A stretch of DNA of 64,000 bases from a virus: positions 32,001 through 96,000 of IMG/VR virus record IMGVR_UViG_3300001199_000005, one strand, 5' to 3'. Shown here in pieces: positions 46,786 to 57,064 of this stretch (positions within the stretch are counted from its first letter, which is position 1; each line of letters opens with the position of its first letter). The translations under genes were made by a program, and so were the position numbers. The notes beneath the pieces were generated by a model, which was given only the letters and a program-made list of their open reading frames with translations, was not told the DNA's origin and did not search any database.

Positions 46786-47624
46786 ATCCAGAGACTTACG
46801 ATATATTAGTAGGCAATATAGCGTATAATGATGAAGTTCACGTTTATTGGGATTTAATGACAGATGAAAGATACACTTCAGTAACAACATTAATAGGTAG
46901 ATATAAAAAACCATTTGATGGCGATTTCTGGTCTGATTATAAAGCAATTGAAGAACTGCTAGAAGAATTCTTTAAACAATACAGAGGAGGATTTGCATCT
47001 TTTGAATTAATGATTAAAGATTTCAAGTCTAAACTTAAACCAGGCTCTAAGGACCATCTTAGATTTATCGCCATTAAAACAGCTCTTCTACAACAATGGG
47101 ATTTTACTAGAGACCAATCTTGTGTTAGAGGAACTGCTTTTCATAAAGCAAAAGAAGATTTCTGGAAATCTAAAGACTATCACTTTACTCAAGGTGGTTT
47201 TTATGATACAGCAAAAACTAATTTGATTATTGACCCAGCAGACGGTATATATTCTGAATTACTTCTATATAACCATGAGTATAAACTTGCAGGTCAAGCT
47301 GATTTAGTTCTTAAGAAAGGAGGAAAGATAATCATTAGAGATTATAAGACTAACAAAGAATTGAAGTTAAAGTCTTACTATAATAGGAAGACAGATAAAT
47401 ATGATATGATGTTAGGACCACTTTCTAACGTACAAGATTGTAACTACCAACATTATGTCGTACAATTGTCAACATATGCTTGGATGATTCAACAACTTGG
47501 AGATTATGAGATAGAAGGATTATACCTAGACCATTTCGACCATAAAGGAAATTATACAGAATATAAAGTTCCATATAAGAAAGACACAGTAATAAGAATG
47601 TTAAACGATTTTAAAGCACAGTAA
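46776..47624 (+). CDS. PD-(D/E)XK exonuclease
   Basis: YTSVTT, RGTAFH, LAGQADL...DYKTN, QLSTY. Confidence 0.8.
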   Translation: MPINPETYDILVGNIAYNDEVHVYWDLMTDERYTSVTTLIGRYKKPFDGDFWSDYKAIEELLEEFFKQYRGGFASFELMIKDFKSKLKPGSKDHLRFIAIKTALLQQWDFTRDQSCVRGTAFHKAKEDFWKSKDYHFTQGGFYDTAKTNLIIDPADGIYSELLLYNHEYKLAGQADLVLKKGGKIIIRDYKTNKELKLKSYYNRKTDKYDMMLGPLSNVQDCNYQHYVVQLSTYAWMIQQLGDYEIEGLYLDHFDHKGNYTEYKVPYKKDTVIRMLNDFKAQ

Positions 47625-47647
47625 ATAAAGATTACTGATAAAACATA

Positions 47648-48952
47648 ATGACAAGAGTAGAACAATTATTATCAGATATACGTGCGCTGCTTGAATACAC
47701 TAATAAAGGAGAAGGGGGTTTAGCCGACCTGTTAGCGGAGTTAAAATTAAAGGCTGACCTTACTGAAACACAGCCAGTAAGTGCTACATCGTTACCTCTT
47801 CCTACAGGGGCATCTACAGCAGTATTACAGACTACTGGTAATACTTCTTTATCGTCAATTGATACTAGATTAACTGATGGAACACAAAAATCTGTAGTTC
47901 GTGGAGGTGCTAAAGGTATTACTATACCAGCAGATGTTACATCAACGGCACAATCAGCGGACAGACAAGCTTTGGATGTTCAAATAAGAACTTCCACAGG
48001 TGCAGTTGTAGATAGTTTTGGTGGAGGAGGAGGTAGTGGTACACAGTACAATGATGGAGACGCCAGGGGGACAGCTACAGGAACGTTAGTTATGGGTGAT
48101 GATGGTGTTAGTATACAATCGATAAAAGTTGATACTAATGGCGTTGTAGCTATTCAAGATAATGGAGACTCTATTACAATAGATAACACAGCAATAACTA
48201 GTATAGATGATAAAATTATTACTGATGATGACGACGGTATAGTAAGCGCTGACCAAACAGTACCTTTAACTATGGCAGTTCTATATGCAGAGGGTGATGG
48301 TGCTAATGTCAGATTATCAACAGACTATACTCCAGAAAGAAGATTAAAGGTGCAATTAGACTCCGTACCTTTAGCTCCAGATGCAGCAACGGAGACTACA
48401 TTAAGCGCAATAAATACAAAAACTCCTGCTCTTGGTCAAACAGTAATGGCGAATAGTACACCTGTTACCATTGCGAGTAACCAAACAGCTTTACCCGTTA
48501 CAGATAATGGGGGAAGTCTGACAGTAGATACACCGCAACTACCTGCTGCTTTGGTGGGTGGTAGATTAGATAGTAATATCGGTTCTTGGTTAGGTTCGAC
48601 TACACCAACAGTTGGTCAAAAAGATGAAGTCAGTAGTATTCCTGTCACAACAGCTCAAAATCAAACAGGGCAATCTGTTGAATTTGGTAATACTCAGAGT
48701 ACAACAACTGTTGTGGGAAGTGCCATAAGTGTATTAATAAAAGCAGCAAGTACAACAAGAAAAGAAATTATAATACGAAACGATACGAACAAAAAAATGT
48801 TCATTTGTTTTTTCACACCAGCAACAACAGCTACACCAATCTTTTTAAACAAAGATGAGATTTGGGTAGAGGATAGATGGCAAGGTGCTATTTACGCAAT
48901 TTGGGAAACAGGGGTCACTGGAAATTCTTATATAACAGAAGTTTATGAGTAG
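47648..48952 (+). CDS. Probable virion fibre/decoration protein
   Basis: Thr/Gly/Ala-rich low-complexity repeats (LPLPTGAST, PVTIASNQ, TDNGGSLTVD). Confidence 0.55.
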   Translation: MTRVEQLLSDIRALLEYTNKGEGGLADLLAELKLKADLTETQPVSATSLPLPTGASTAVLQTTGNTSLSSIDTRLTDGTQKSVVRGGAKGITIPADVTSTAQSADRQALDVQIRTSTGAVVDSFGGGGGSGTQYNDGDARGTATGTLVMGDDGVSIQSIKVDTNGVVAIQDNGDSITIDNTAITSIDDKIITDDDDGIVSADQTVPLTMAVLYAEGDGANVRLSTDYTPERRLKVQLDSVPLAPDAATETTLSAINTKTPALGQTVMANSTPVTIASNQTALPVTDNGGSLTVDTPQLPAALVGGRLDSNIGSWLGSTTPTVGQKDEVSSIPVTTAQNQTGQSVEFGNTQSTTTVVGSAISVLIKAASTTRKEIIIRNDTNKKMFICFFTPATTATPIFLNKDEIWVEDRWQGAIYAIWETGVTGNSYITEVYE

Positions 48953-49325
48953 AAAAATAGCAGTCATAGGAATTGTTACTGGAGGCACATCTTATGCAAG
49001 TACAGCAATAACAGAAATAAATCTTACAGGTAATACAAATAATTTAGTAATACCTGGATTAGATTCTTTTTCATTAGTGGAGATGACTTCTGATGGTAAT
49101 TTTAATTTGACAGGGATTGCTGTCCCAGACCCAGAAATAGCTTATGAGCTTAAAGTATTCAACAATGGAGTTAATAACATCATAATAAAAAATCAAAGCG
49201 CAAGTAGTACGGCTCAAAATAGGTTCTCTAATGGTGGGGATATAACCATGCAACCCGAAGAGGGATTTGTTATTATTTACAGACCAACAGTTCAACGATG
49301 GAGTTGCGCTGGTAAAAACATTTAA
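48945..49325 (+). CDS. Hypothetical structural (beta-rich) protein
   Basis: 126 aa, NLTGI...NRF...QRW. Confidence 0.5.
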   Translation: MSRKIAVIGIVTGGTSYASTAITEINLTGNTNNLVIPGLDSFSLVEMTSDGNFNLTGIAVPDPEIAYELKVFNNGVNNIIIKNQSASSTAQNRFSNGGDITMQPEEGFVIIYRPTVQRWSCAGKNI

Positions 49326-49328
49326 TCT

Positions 49329-49982
49329 ATGAAAAAACTTTGGGTAGAAAATATAACCAACGGTGCGGTAGAGTATTCTGAAAACCACACAGAAAACGGG
49401 AATACTTGGGATGATAAAAGTGGAGATGCTCCTTCTTGGTTAAATTACGGGAAAGGTGTTGTGGACATATTGACAATAACTAGAAAAATGGAAGCGTTAT
49501 TGATACTGGAAGCCAACCCCAATTACCCAACAATAGATTTTTCAGGGTACTTTTCGATGAGCAATGAAAAACAGCTTATAATGTGCGAGTATTTCATGGC
49601 CCCGTATGCTTTACGGTTAAGCACGACCAACTGGTCCGAAGCTAAAGATTTTGACGCGTGGGACAGATATGTAGATAAGACGCAAGGACTCAGTCACCAC
49701 GAAGAAACTTTTTTAGGAAGGGCGCTTGTAGTGGAGAACATGCGGAAACACTTATCACACAAAGTAAGGACAGAGAGTTTATCGGTGGCGCAAGCTCACC
49801 AATTTTATAGGGACGTACATACATTCACAGATTGGTACATTAGGGCGGCTTGTCCAGACTTTTACCAGTGGTTGACCAACGAGGCGGGCAGTATTTACGC
49901 ATTGCTTGGGTTCGAGCAAACTTCTTACTGGTCACAAGAATTAGAAGACGAATTAAAAACTATATATAATCACGAAGAATAA
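49329..49982 (+). CDS. Hypothetical protein
   Basis: 217 aa. Confidence 0.6.
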   Translation: MKKLWVENITNGAVEYSENHTENGNTWDDKSGDAPSWLNYGKGVVDILTITRKMEALLILEANPNYPTIDFSGYFSMSNEKQLIMCEYFMAPYALRLSTTNWSEAKDFDAWDRYVDKTQGLSHHEETFLGRALVVENMRKHLSHKVRTESLSVAQAHQFYRDVHTFTDWYIRAACPDFYQWLTNEAGSIYALLGFEQTSYWSQELEDELKTIYNHEE

Positions 49983-49984
49983 CT

Positions 49985-51568
49985 ATGTTAATACCTAAAG
50001 CACAAAATGGAAAGAGATTATTTCCAAAGTATCAACAAAATGGTAATCTTGATGAAATATTTTATAAGGGTAAATATGGTAATACTGAACCAAACACTAA
50101 TGAGGGAGATATTATATTAAGTTCTTTATATTATAAATTCCCAAAATTAAAATCATTTGGGAAAACAGTAGTTAAGAAAGATACTACTTTTAGACCTGAT
50201 TTAGAGGGATATGGTAATATAGAGTATTTCGACCCAGAACAAGATAGTGTTTGGTATTCAGAAACAAAATCTTATGCACACCCTAAAAAAGGTTTTAGTG
50301 GGATAATATATAACCAAAATGTTAAAGACCCATACGCAGCTGTTTTTTTAGACTTAGTATCTCACGGTAAGAGTTCTGATTCAGAATTTATGAGATTAAA
50401 AAAAGAGTTTAGAAAAGCAACTGAAAAAACTAGGCAGGATGATGCTGAGTACTTTTATAAAAAAGACCTAAAAGAAGGCTTTGCTATAGATGGCAAAGAG
50501 CGCTGGCTGAATAATTATTATGATGGTTTGTTAAGAGCTTCAATATATCCAAATTTGCCCGCAGAATATATAAATAAAAATTCTGAATATTATATTGAAT
50601 ACGATGGTTTAAGTGATGAAAGTAAACAACTAGGTGTACAAATTATGAATTATTTAAAGAACTCAGACGAGTCTGAATTAGATAAAAGCTACAAACAAAA
50701 GATGTTAAAAACAACTAATAAACATAAAAATGGAGGTTCGCTTATTCCTAAATTTCAGAACAGTGGTAAAATTCCATCATTTGTAACTAAGCCGAAAAAC
50801 CATATTGAAGAACAAATGAAAAAGGATTGGTTAAAGAGAAATCCTGAGCAGGCTGTTAAATTAGGTGAGTACATGAAAACACTCCCTGAAATTATAATAT
50901 ATGACTCCAAAGATGATTATACTAGCCAGCAGCTTTCCACAATGTCGCCCAAACATAGAGAGTTATGGTATAAATATGGTAAGCCAACTATAGTACCATT
51001 TCAAATAAATACCAGCAATCCTTATGAATATATAGCTGCACAATATAGTCCAGAAGATAATACTTTAAAGTTACCATTATATAATTTACCAATAAGAGAA
51101 GTGCAGGATAAATTAGATGTGGCTGAAAAGAGATATAAAGAATTAGGCGACTATATATATAAATCTTATGACAATAGTCACACAATACCTGATATAGTAT
51201 GGAATGAACGTGAGAAATTGAGCGAATTAATTCATTCTCTTTTACAACTTAAAAGAATACAAAGACCTAAAGATGCTGATTTTTTAGCAGAGTTAAGCCA
51301 TGCGTATCAATATAATGCTCCTGGGATAAAAGGCAAAAGATTTATAGACCTCTTAAATTTGGAGGGCAAAAAGAGACTAGTACAATATAAAAATCAAAAA
51401 GAATTTCAAGATTATGAATATGATACTCCAGGTACAAGAGAATACGAAGCACATAAAATTATTCAACCTTGGTTATTGAAAGAATCTTTTAAACCTATCC
51501 AATTAGGGCCTTCATATTATATACCCATCCAAAAATTTGGAGGAATATTAACACCGAAACATAAATGA
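49985..51568 (+). CDS. Modular protein carrying LIPKxQxG motifs
   Basis: Motif at N-terminus, middle and C-terminus; AELSHAYQ...EYEAH zincin-like remnant. Confidence 0.6.
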   Translation: MLIPKAQNGKRLFPKYQQNGNLDEIFYKGKYGNTEPNTNEGDIILSSLYYKFPKLKSFGKTVVKKDTTFRPDLEGYGNIEYFDPEQDSVWYSETKSYAHPKKGFSGIIYNQNVKDPYAAVFLDLVSHGKSSDSEFMRLKKEFRKATEKTRQDDAEYFYKKDLKEGFAIDGKERWLNNYYDGLLRASIYPNLPAEYINKNSEYYIEYDGLSDESKQLGVQIMNYLKNSDESELDKSYKQKMLKTTNKHKNGGSLIPKFQNSGKIPSFVTKPKNHIEEQMKKDWLKRNPEQAVKLGEYMKTLPEIIIYDSKDDYTSQQLSTMSPKHRELWYKYGKPTIVPFQINTSNPYEYIAAQYSPEDNTLKLPLYNLPIREVQDKLDVAEKRYKELGDYIYKSYDNSHTIPDIVWNEREKLSELIHSLLQLKRIQRPKDADFLAELSHAYQYNAPGIKGKRFIDLLNLEGKKRLVQYKNQKEFQDYEYDTPGTREYEAHKIIQPWLLKESFKPIQLGPSYYIPIQKFGGILTPKHK

Positions 51569-53859
51569 AAATACCAGAAAAATATAATATAGACGGAGAG
51601 GAAATACTTTTCTTTGGCAACTCATCTAGCTCTATGGATGTCAAATTCAATAGAGTAGCTAAGATTGCTAGTAACTATGATGAGATAGTTGCTAAAATGC
51701 ATAAAATCATTAATGATAATAGTAGCTTCCCATCTAACAAAGATTACTGTTCAGCAGTAGCAGTTCTTCTAATAGTTAAAACAGGTATAAGAGTTGGCAA
51801 TGAAGATTCAGCGGAAGGTTACATGACAGTACCACATCCAGAATCTAAGATTAAACCTGTATTCGTAAAAACTTATGGTCTTACAACTCTTCTTCCAGAA
51901 CATATTCAAGTGGAAAATGGTAAAGTTAAATTCGACTTTGTCGGTAAGAAGCATGTGCAGAATACTTTTGAAATACCAGAAGACCTTAGCAAACTAGTCA
52001 TTAAGGTTCTTCAGAATAGATACTCGCCAGTATTTAATCTTACAGATTCTGAATTAACTTCTTTTGTAAAACGAGAAACTTCGCCATATTTGTCAACTAA
52101 AGACTTCAGGACTTTTAGAGCTAATGTTTATGGTTATAGATTTATAAAAACACTTCCTAAACCAACTACAAAGAAGGAACAAAAAGATGGTATTAATCTT
52201 ACTGCTGAATATGTTTCTATGCTTTTGAATAATACTCCTGGAGTAGTCAAAACATCTTACTTAGACCCTAATTTATTTACTTATATGCTTGGACCAGAAA
52301 TAGTTACAAAAAGAATGGGGGGTACACTTATACCTATACATCACCAAAACGGAAAAATTAATAATATGATATTAATAAAAAAACAAGACAGCCTATTAAT
52401 ACCTAAAAATCAAGAGGGTGGGATTCTACAAAATCCGCTTTATTTAGAGCATTTAAAAAGAAATCCTATACTACAAGGTGTAATTAAAGAAAAAACAGAA
52501 CAATCTATTCTTAAGGAAAAACAACTTGAGTTAGAAAAAATGGCAGATGCTCAACCAGTAACCCCTTATACCAATAAAAATATAGAATATATTGCGCAGG
52601 GGTTATTTAATAGGGATTTATACCCTTTTCACAGTGCAGGTTCTATAAATAACCCATTGAATATAGGAAATACTTTATTTTCTTTCCCTGAAAAATTATA
52701 TGGTAGTAATGCAAAAAATCGTTCTCTTGAATATTCATATAGAATGCGAGAAGAAGCAGCCAAAAAATTGTGGAAAAAACTATACGGTACCGAGTTAAAT
52801 GATAATGACTTAAAAAATATTTTAAAAGTTTACGAAAATACCAAAGACAATTATGACCAGTTTGGGCGTGATAGGGATAATACTAATCTTGACATCAATC
52901 TATCAGGTGCTTACCTATATAAACAAGGAGGTATTCTTATACCTAAATTCCAGAATAGTGGTAAATTAAAAAAAGAAGGAAGATTCAAATTTAATGACTC
53001 TTTATACAGATTTGAACCTAATGATAATAGCTTATATATTATTGCGGATAATAAAGAAGTTAAACTAAATGATACTGAAAAACTAAAAGTTCTAAAAGAA
53101 GCTGCAAATAAGGATTTGTTAAAAGGAGAGTTCGCAGCGCCTTTATCTATACACTATACAGAACTGCAACAAAAATACAATACAGAGCAGGCAGCTGCCA
53201 GTGAAAAATCTTCAGCAGAATTAATAACTAAAAAGAATGCAAAAATAGTAGAAGCTGAAAAACGTTTAAAAGAGCAGAAAGAATTAGATAGACAAAGTGA
53301 TGAAGCACTTAAACTTCTATTGGAGCAAGAAGCTAAAAAAAATACTAAAGTAGAAGAGAAGCAAGTAGCACAGCCTACTACTCACAACTTTAAACTAGCT
53401 GGTGATAAAACTTGGGAGTACAGAGCTATTATTGACAAAGACGGTAAAAAGAAGATAGAAGCTGCAAAAACAGGCACTAATAAATGGTTAGATATAACTA
53501 ATAATAAAGTAGCTCAAGAGATTATTGCTGCAAGTATAAACGATGATGATAGAAAAGTCCTTAAAATGGATAAACCTAAAGTTCTTTCAGAAGAAGCTAA
53601 AAAAGTAGTTAAAGGTTCAGAAGATAAAAAGCCAGTAGATAGATTAACACATAAAGAAGATAGAATTTATACTATTGGAAATGAACAAGCTTCTGAGAAA
53701 GATATGAGTAAAGAAGAACTTAAAAAGTTTAAAGCTTATTCAGATAAACTTAAAGAGATTAAAGAACAACCTGAAAAAATAGTGAAGGGTGGAAGTAAAT
53801 CAAGAGAGGAGGGTTTCTTTAATAGAAAAGAAAGGGATAGACCATTATACAAAAACTGA
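51565..53859 (+). CDS. DNA topoisomerase IB catalytic domain fused to LIPKxQxG-delimited modules
   Basis: GIRVGNE, YGLTTL, FDFVGKK, KDFRT, NTPGVVKTSY (catalytic Tyr) in the first ~245 aa. Confidence 0.8.
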   Translation: MKIPEKYNIDGEEILFFGNSSSSMDVKFNRVAKIASNYDEIVAKMHKIINDNSSFPSNKDYCSAVAVLLIVKTGIRVGNEDSAEGYMTVPHPESKIKPVFVKTYGLTTLLPEHIQVENGKVKFDFVGKKHVQNTFEIPEDLSKLVIKVLQNRYSPVFNLTDSELTSFVKRETSPYLSTKDFRTFRANVYGYRFIKTLPKPTTKKEQKDGINLTAEYVSMLLNNTPGVVKTSYLDPNLFTYMLGPEIVTKRMGGTLIPIHHQNGKINNMILIKKQDSLLIPKNQEGGILQNPLYLEHLKRNPILQGVIKEKTEQSILKEKQLELEKMADAQPVTPYTNKNIEYIAQGLFNRDLYPFHSAGSINNPLNIGNTLFSFPEKLYGSNAKNRSLEYSYRMREEAAKKLWKKLYGTELNDNDLKNILKVYENTKDNYDQFGRDRDNTNLDINLSGAYLYKQGGILIPKFQNSGKLKKEGRFKFNDSLYRFEPNDNSLYIIADNKEVKLNDTEKLKVLKEAANKDLLKGEFAAPLSIHYTELQQKYNTEQAAASEKSSAELITKKNAKIVEAEKRLKEQKELDRQSDEALKLLLEQEAKKNTKVEEKQVAQPTTHNFKLAGDKTWEYRAIIDKDGKKKIEAAKTGTNKWLDITNNKVAQEIIAASINDDDRKVLKMDKPKVLSEEAKKVVKGSEDKKPVDRLTHKEDRIYTIGNEQASEKDMSKEELKKFKAYSDKLKEIKEQPEKIVKGGSKSREEGFFNRKERDRPLYKN

Positions 53860-53873
53860 AATATTAAAAAATA

Positions 53874-54884
53874 ATGTTAATACCTAATAGTAATGCAAGT
53901 AAAATGGGGTTAAAGACTAGAGAAAAGAATGGAATCTGGGCTCTTAATAATAGTGATAAACTAAATAACACTGATTTTAAATCCTGGGTTGCCCAATTTA
54001 ATAATCTAGGACAGGCTAATTTATTCACTTATTATGAAGAATGGCTTAAAAAGGGGAAACCTAAAGGTAAAGATAAGCCTATTGTTCTTGATTCATATTT
54101 AAAGTTAGGTGGGAAACTAATTCCAAAACATCAGCAGGGCAGACCTATTCTATATAATAGACCTATTGCTGAATATACAGGTAAGCCTGTTGAAAGTCTT
54201 ATTTATACTGATGCTATGCTAAAAGGAGCAACACCAGAACAGTTAGAAGCTTATGAAATTTTAGGTAAAGCAGATTCACAATGCTCCAAATCTTCAGGAT
54301 TAGGTTGTGAAAAAGCATGGAATAAACTAAGAGCTATAGGATTATATGCACCAGATAGTTATGAATCCTTTAAAAAATCAATGAATGCTAAACAGATTTC
54401 ATTAGGCAATAAGCCAACAATTAACTGGGAAACAGGACAAGTAATTGATACTGAACAGTTTGATGCAGAGACAGATTCTTGGAACATTCTTGGTAAAGGA
54501 AAGCAACTTGGTTGGGAGATACATGATATTGGTTCTAAAGATTTTGATAAAACTAAATTTTTAGAAGCTTTAAAAAACTTACCAATAGGCGCAACATTAC
54601 ATAGTGGCTCTTATAGCGATTCTTCTAAACAAACATTAAACCAAAAAGAAGGCTTTTCAAATGTTTCTCATACTATGAGAGTAGTGGGTTTTTCAGAAAG
54701 AGGTAATCCTGTTTATTATGATTTCGGAACTTTAAAGGAATTGACTTTAGATGATTACGATGTAAAGAGAATTAGAGCAATAGCTATTCCAACTGAATTT
54801 AAAGATTATACTTATAGAAATTTATTAAATTATCAACCCACGATGGCTAGGAAAAAAGGTGGAAGCTTAATACCAAAAAAATAG
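53874..54884 (+). CDS. Modular protein carrying GGxLIPK motifs
   Basis: LKLGGKLIPKHQQG and terminal KKGGSLIPKK. Confidence 0.6.
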   Translation: MLIPNSNASKMGLKTREKNGIWALNNSDKLNNTDFKSWVAQFNNLGQANLFTYYEEWLKKGKPKGKDKPIVLDSYLKLGGKLIPKHQQGRPILYNRPIAEYTGKPVESLIYTDAMLKGATPEQLEAYEILGKADSQCSKSSGLGCEKAWNKLRAIGLYAPDSYESFKKSMNAKQISLGNKPTINWETGQVIDTEQFDAETDSWNILGKGKQLGWEIHDIGSKDFDKTKFLEALKNLPIGATLHSGSYSDSSKQTLNQKEGFSNVSHTMRVVGFSERGNPVYYDFGTLKELTLDDYDVKRIRAIAIPTEFKDYTYRNLLNYQPTMARKKGGSLIPKK

Positions 54885-55745
54885 ATGAAACAAATACTAA
54901 GTTTATCAGGAGGGGCTACTAAGTTCATAGGACTAGTAGGTGCAGCACAAGGAGTAATATCAGCTGGATATAAACCAACTGATATAATAGGTGTATCATC
55001 AGGAGCTATTGCTTCTGTACCAGCAGCTATGGGGCTATGGCTACAAGCAGCTAATAAGGGATTACATTTAACTTTAGATGACATATTCTCAATAGTTCCT
55101 GTAAATGAAGATGGAGGATATACATGGCAAGCTATTTATAGATTGATTACAGGTAAGAATAGTTTAGGTAAACAAAGAATACAAGAATTAGTTTCAGAAG
55201 TTATATCAGAAGAGCTTTTCTCAGACTATGTTTTAGGCGATTATCCAACTTGTTGGGCAGCAACAGTTTGTATGGAAACAGCAGAATTAGTAGTTTGGAA
55301 TTTGAAAGAGCAGAGCTATCAAAGATACTTAGATATAGTTGCAGCTTCAGCTGCTATACCTATTGCAACAGAAGGGATAGTAATAGATGGATATACTTAC
55401 TTTGATGGTGGGCTTCGTGAACATGCAGCTAGCTCCTACTTATTGTCACCAGGAGTAAATAAATGTGTGACAATTTACTCAAGACCAGAAGACCCTTTTT
55501 GTAAATCAACAAATTGGAATAGAAACTTATTATCAGTTCATAAGAGAACATTAGACATTTTACAAGGAGAATTATCAATTTCTGATGCTATAATTGAAAA
55601 TCTTACTTGTAAAGCGTATGGAATTGAACTTTTTCAAGTATATTTGCCTAGAGTATTAGAATCACTCTACGATGTAGACAAAGAAAGACTCAAGAAACTA
55701 TATGAAATTAGTTATAAATTAGGAACAAATTATGCAGCTATCTAA
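54885..55745 (+). CDS. Patatin-like phospholipase
   Basis: LSGGATK, GVSSG, ASAAIP, DGG. Confidence 0.88.
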   Translation: MKQILSLSGGATKFIGLVGAAQGVISAGYKPTDIIGVSSGAIASVPAAMGLWLQAANKGLHLTLDDIFSIVPVNEDGGYTWQAIYRLITGKNSLGKQRIQELVSEVISEELFSDYVLGDYPTCWAATVCMETAELVVWNLKEQSYQRYLDIVAASAAIPIATEGIVIDGYTYFDGGLREHAASSYLLSPGVNKCVTIYSRPEDPFCKSTNWNRNLLSVHKRTLDILQGELSISDAIIENLTCKAYGIELFQVYLPRVLESLYDVDKERLKKLYEISYKLGTNYAAI

Positions 55746-56226
55746 GAACTTAACACTTGTCGAAGCAACTAAAAGTCAAACAGCAGTTAGACTAGGCATT
55801 GATAATCAACCAAATAAAGAACAATTGTCTAAGATGATTGTTACTGCTTCGAAGATATTTCAAAGAATTAGAGATTACTTCGGCAGACCAATAGGAGTAT
55901 CTTCATTCTTTAGATGTCCTGAATTAAACAAAGCAATAGGTGGTTCTGCTACTTCTTCTCACTGTAACGGAGAGGCTATTGATATAGATGCTGATATGTT
56001 TGGTGGACTAACTAATACACAAATTTTCAACTATATTAAAGATAAATTGGAATTTGACCAATTGATTGCTGAATTTAAACAAGGTTCTGAACCTGCTTGG
56101 ATACACGCTTCTTACAGAGAAGGTAACAATAGGAAACAAATTCTTATTGCTATGATTGTCGGTGGTAAGACTGTCTATAAACCTTATTCAGAAAAAGAGT
56201 ACAAAGATTACTATGGACAAGTTTGA
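55732..56226 (+). CDS. Peptidase M15A endolysin
   Basis: SFFRCPELNKAIGG, SSHCNGEAID, WIHAS. Confidence 0.88.
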   Translation: MQLSKNLTLVEATKSQTAVRLGIDNQPNKEQLSKMIVTASKIFQRIRDYFGRPIGVSSFFRCPELNKAIGGSATSSHCNGEAIDIDADMFGGLTNTQIFNYIKDKLEFDQLIAEFKQGSEPAWIHASYREGNNRKQILIAMIVGGKTVYKPYSEKEYKDYYGQV

Positions 56227-56467
56227 GAAACTAAGACAAATTACTAAAGGTCATGTCTTAGAATTATTAAATCAAGAAGAACAACTACATAAAGAGAGAA
56301 TAGGCATTTGTAAAGGCTGTCCTTTATGGAAGGAAACAAAAATAGGTCCAATATGTGACCCAGAAAAGTCAATAAAGTATAATAATGAAGAAGTATTTGG
56401 CTGTGGTTGCAGATTAGAAGCCAAGACCAGATTACAAGAAGCAGAATGTATAGTTAAAAAATGGTAA
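56213..56467 (+). CDS. Small Cys-rich protein
   Basis: ICKGCP...GCGCRLEAK...C..KW; start taken at MDKFEK. Confidence 0.6.
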   Translation: MDKFEKLRQITKGHVLELLNQEEQLHKERIGICKGCPLWKETKIGPICDPEKSIKYNNEEVFGCGCRLEAKTRLQEAECIVKKW

Positions 56468-56473
56468 AAAAAA

Positions 56474-56848
56474 ATGGATAATACTGCACAAGATATTGTT
56501 GATATTAAGATAGTAGACGATACTATACCTGAGTCCAAACAAAAGAATTTGTTTCCTCTATTCGATAGAATAGTTCTTATTGCTAAACCAAACCCTTATA
56601 TCCCGAAAAAGACAAAGAGTGGTATTCATAAAGTTGAAACCTTTAGAAATTCATCAACAAACGAAACAGTTAAGATAGAGGCAAGTACAATATTTGCTGA
56701 AGTTGTGGAGATAGGCCCTTCAGTTACTCAAGTTGCTATAGGTGACGAAGTGATTATAAATAGACATGCAGGAATTGCAGTAGATTTTTATGAAGGGCAT
56801 TTCGTAATAATTCACGAAGGAGATGTAATACTTAAAATAACAGAATAA
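56474..56848 (+). CDS. groES: GroES-like co-chaperonin
   Basis: PLFDRIV, TKSGI, EVVEIGP, VAIGDEV, IHEGDVI. Confidence 0.8.
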   Translation: MDNTAQDIVDIKIVDDTIPESKQKNLFPLFDRIVLIAKPNPYIPKKTKSGIHKVETFRNSSTNETVKIEASTIFAEVVEIGPSVTQVAIGDEVIINRHAGIAVDFYEGHFVIIHEGDVILKITE

Positions 56849-57063
56849 TGGACGGATATTTTAATCCAGGTGAAATAGTAACAATTAGGCAAGAGCTACA
56901 ATTTAAACCTATTATGTATGTTTATAGAGTAGATAAACTAGTGTTAGGGCCCAGTATGGAAAAAACAAAAGGGAATTTAATTGGCATTAGATGCAGATGG
57001 TTTTCTGCTGATTTAGTCCTGCAAGAAGCTTCTTTTTCTACAAAAGATTTAGTACACGTATAA
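56848..57063 (+). CDS. Hypothetical protein (YodC/DUF2158-like)
   Basis: FNPGEIV...PIMYV...CRWF...FSTKDL. Confidence 0.55.
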   Translation: MDGYFNPGEIVTIRQELQFKPIMYVYRVDKLVLGPSMEKTKGNLIGIRCRWFSADLVLQEASFSTKDLVHV

Positions 57064-57064
57064 T

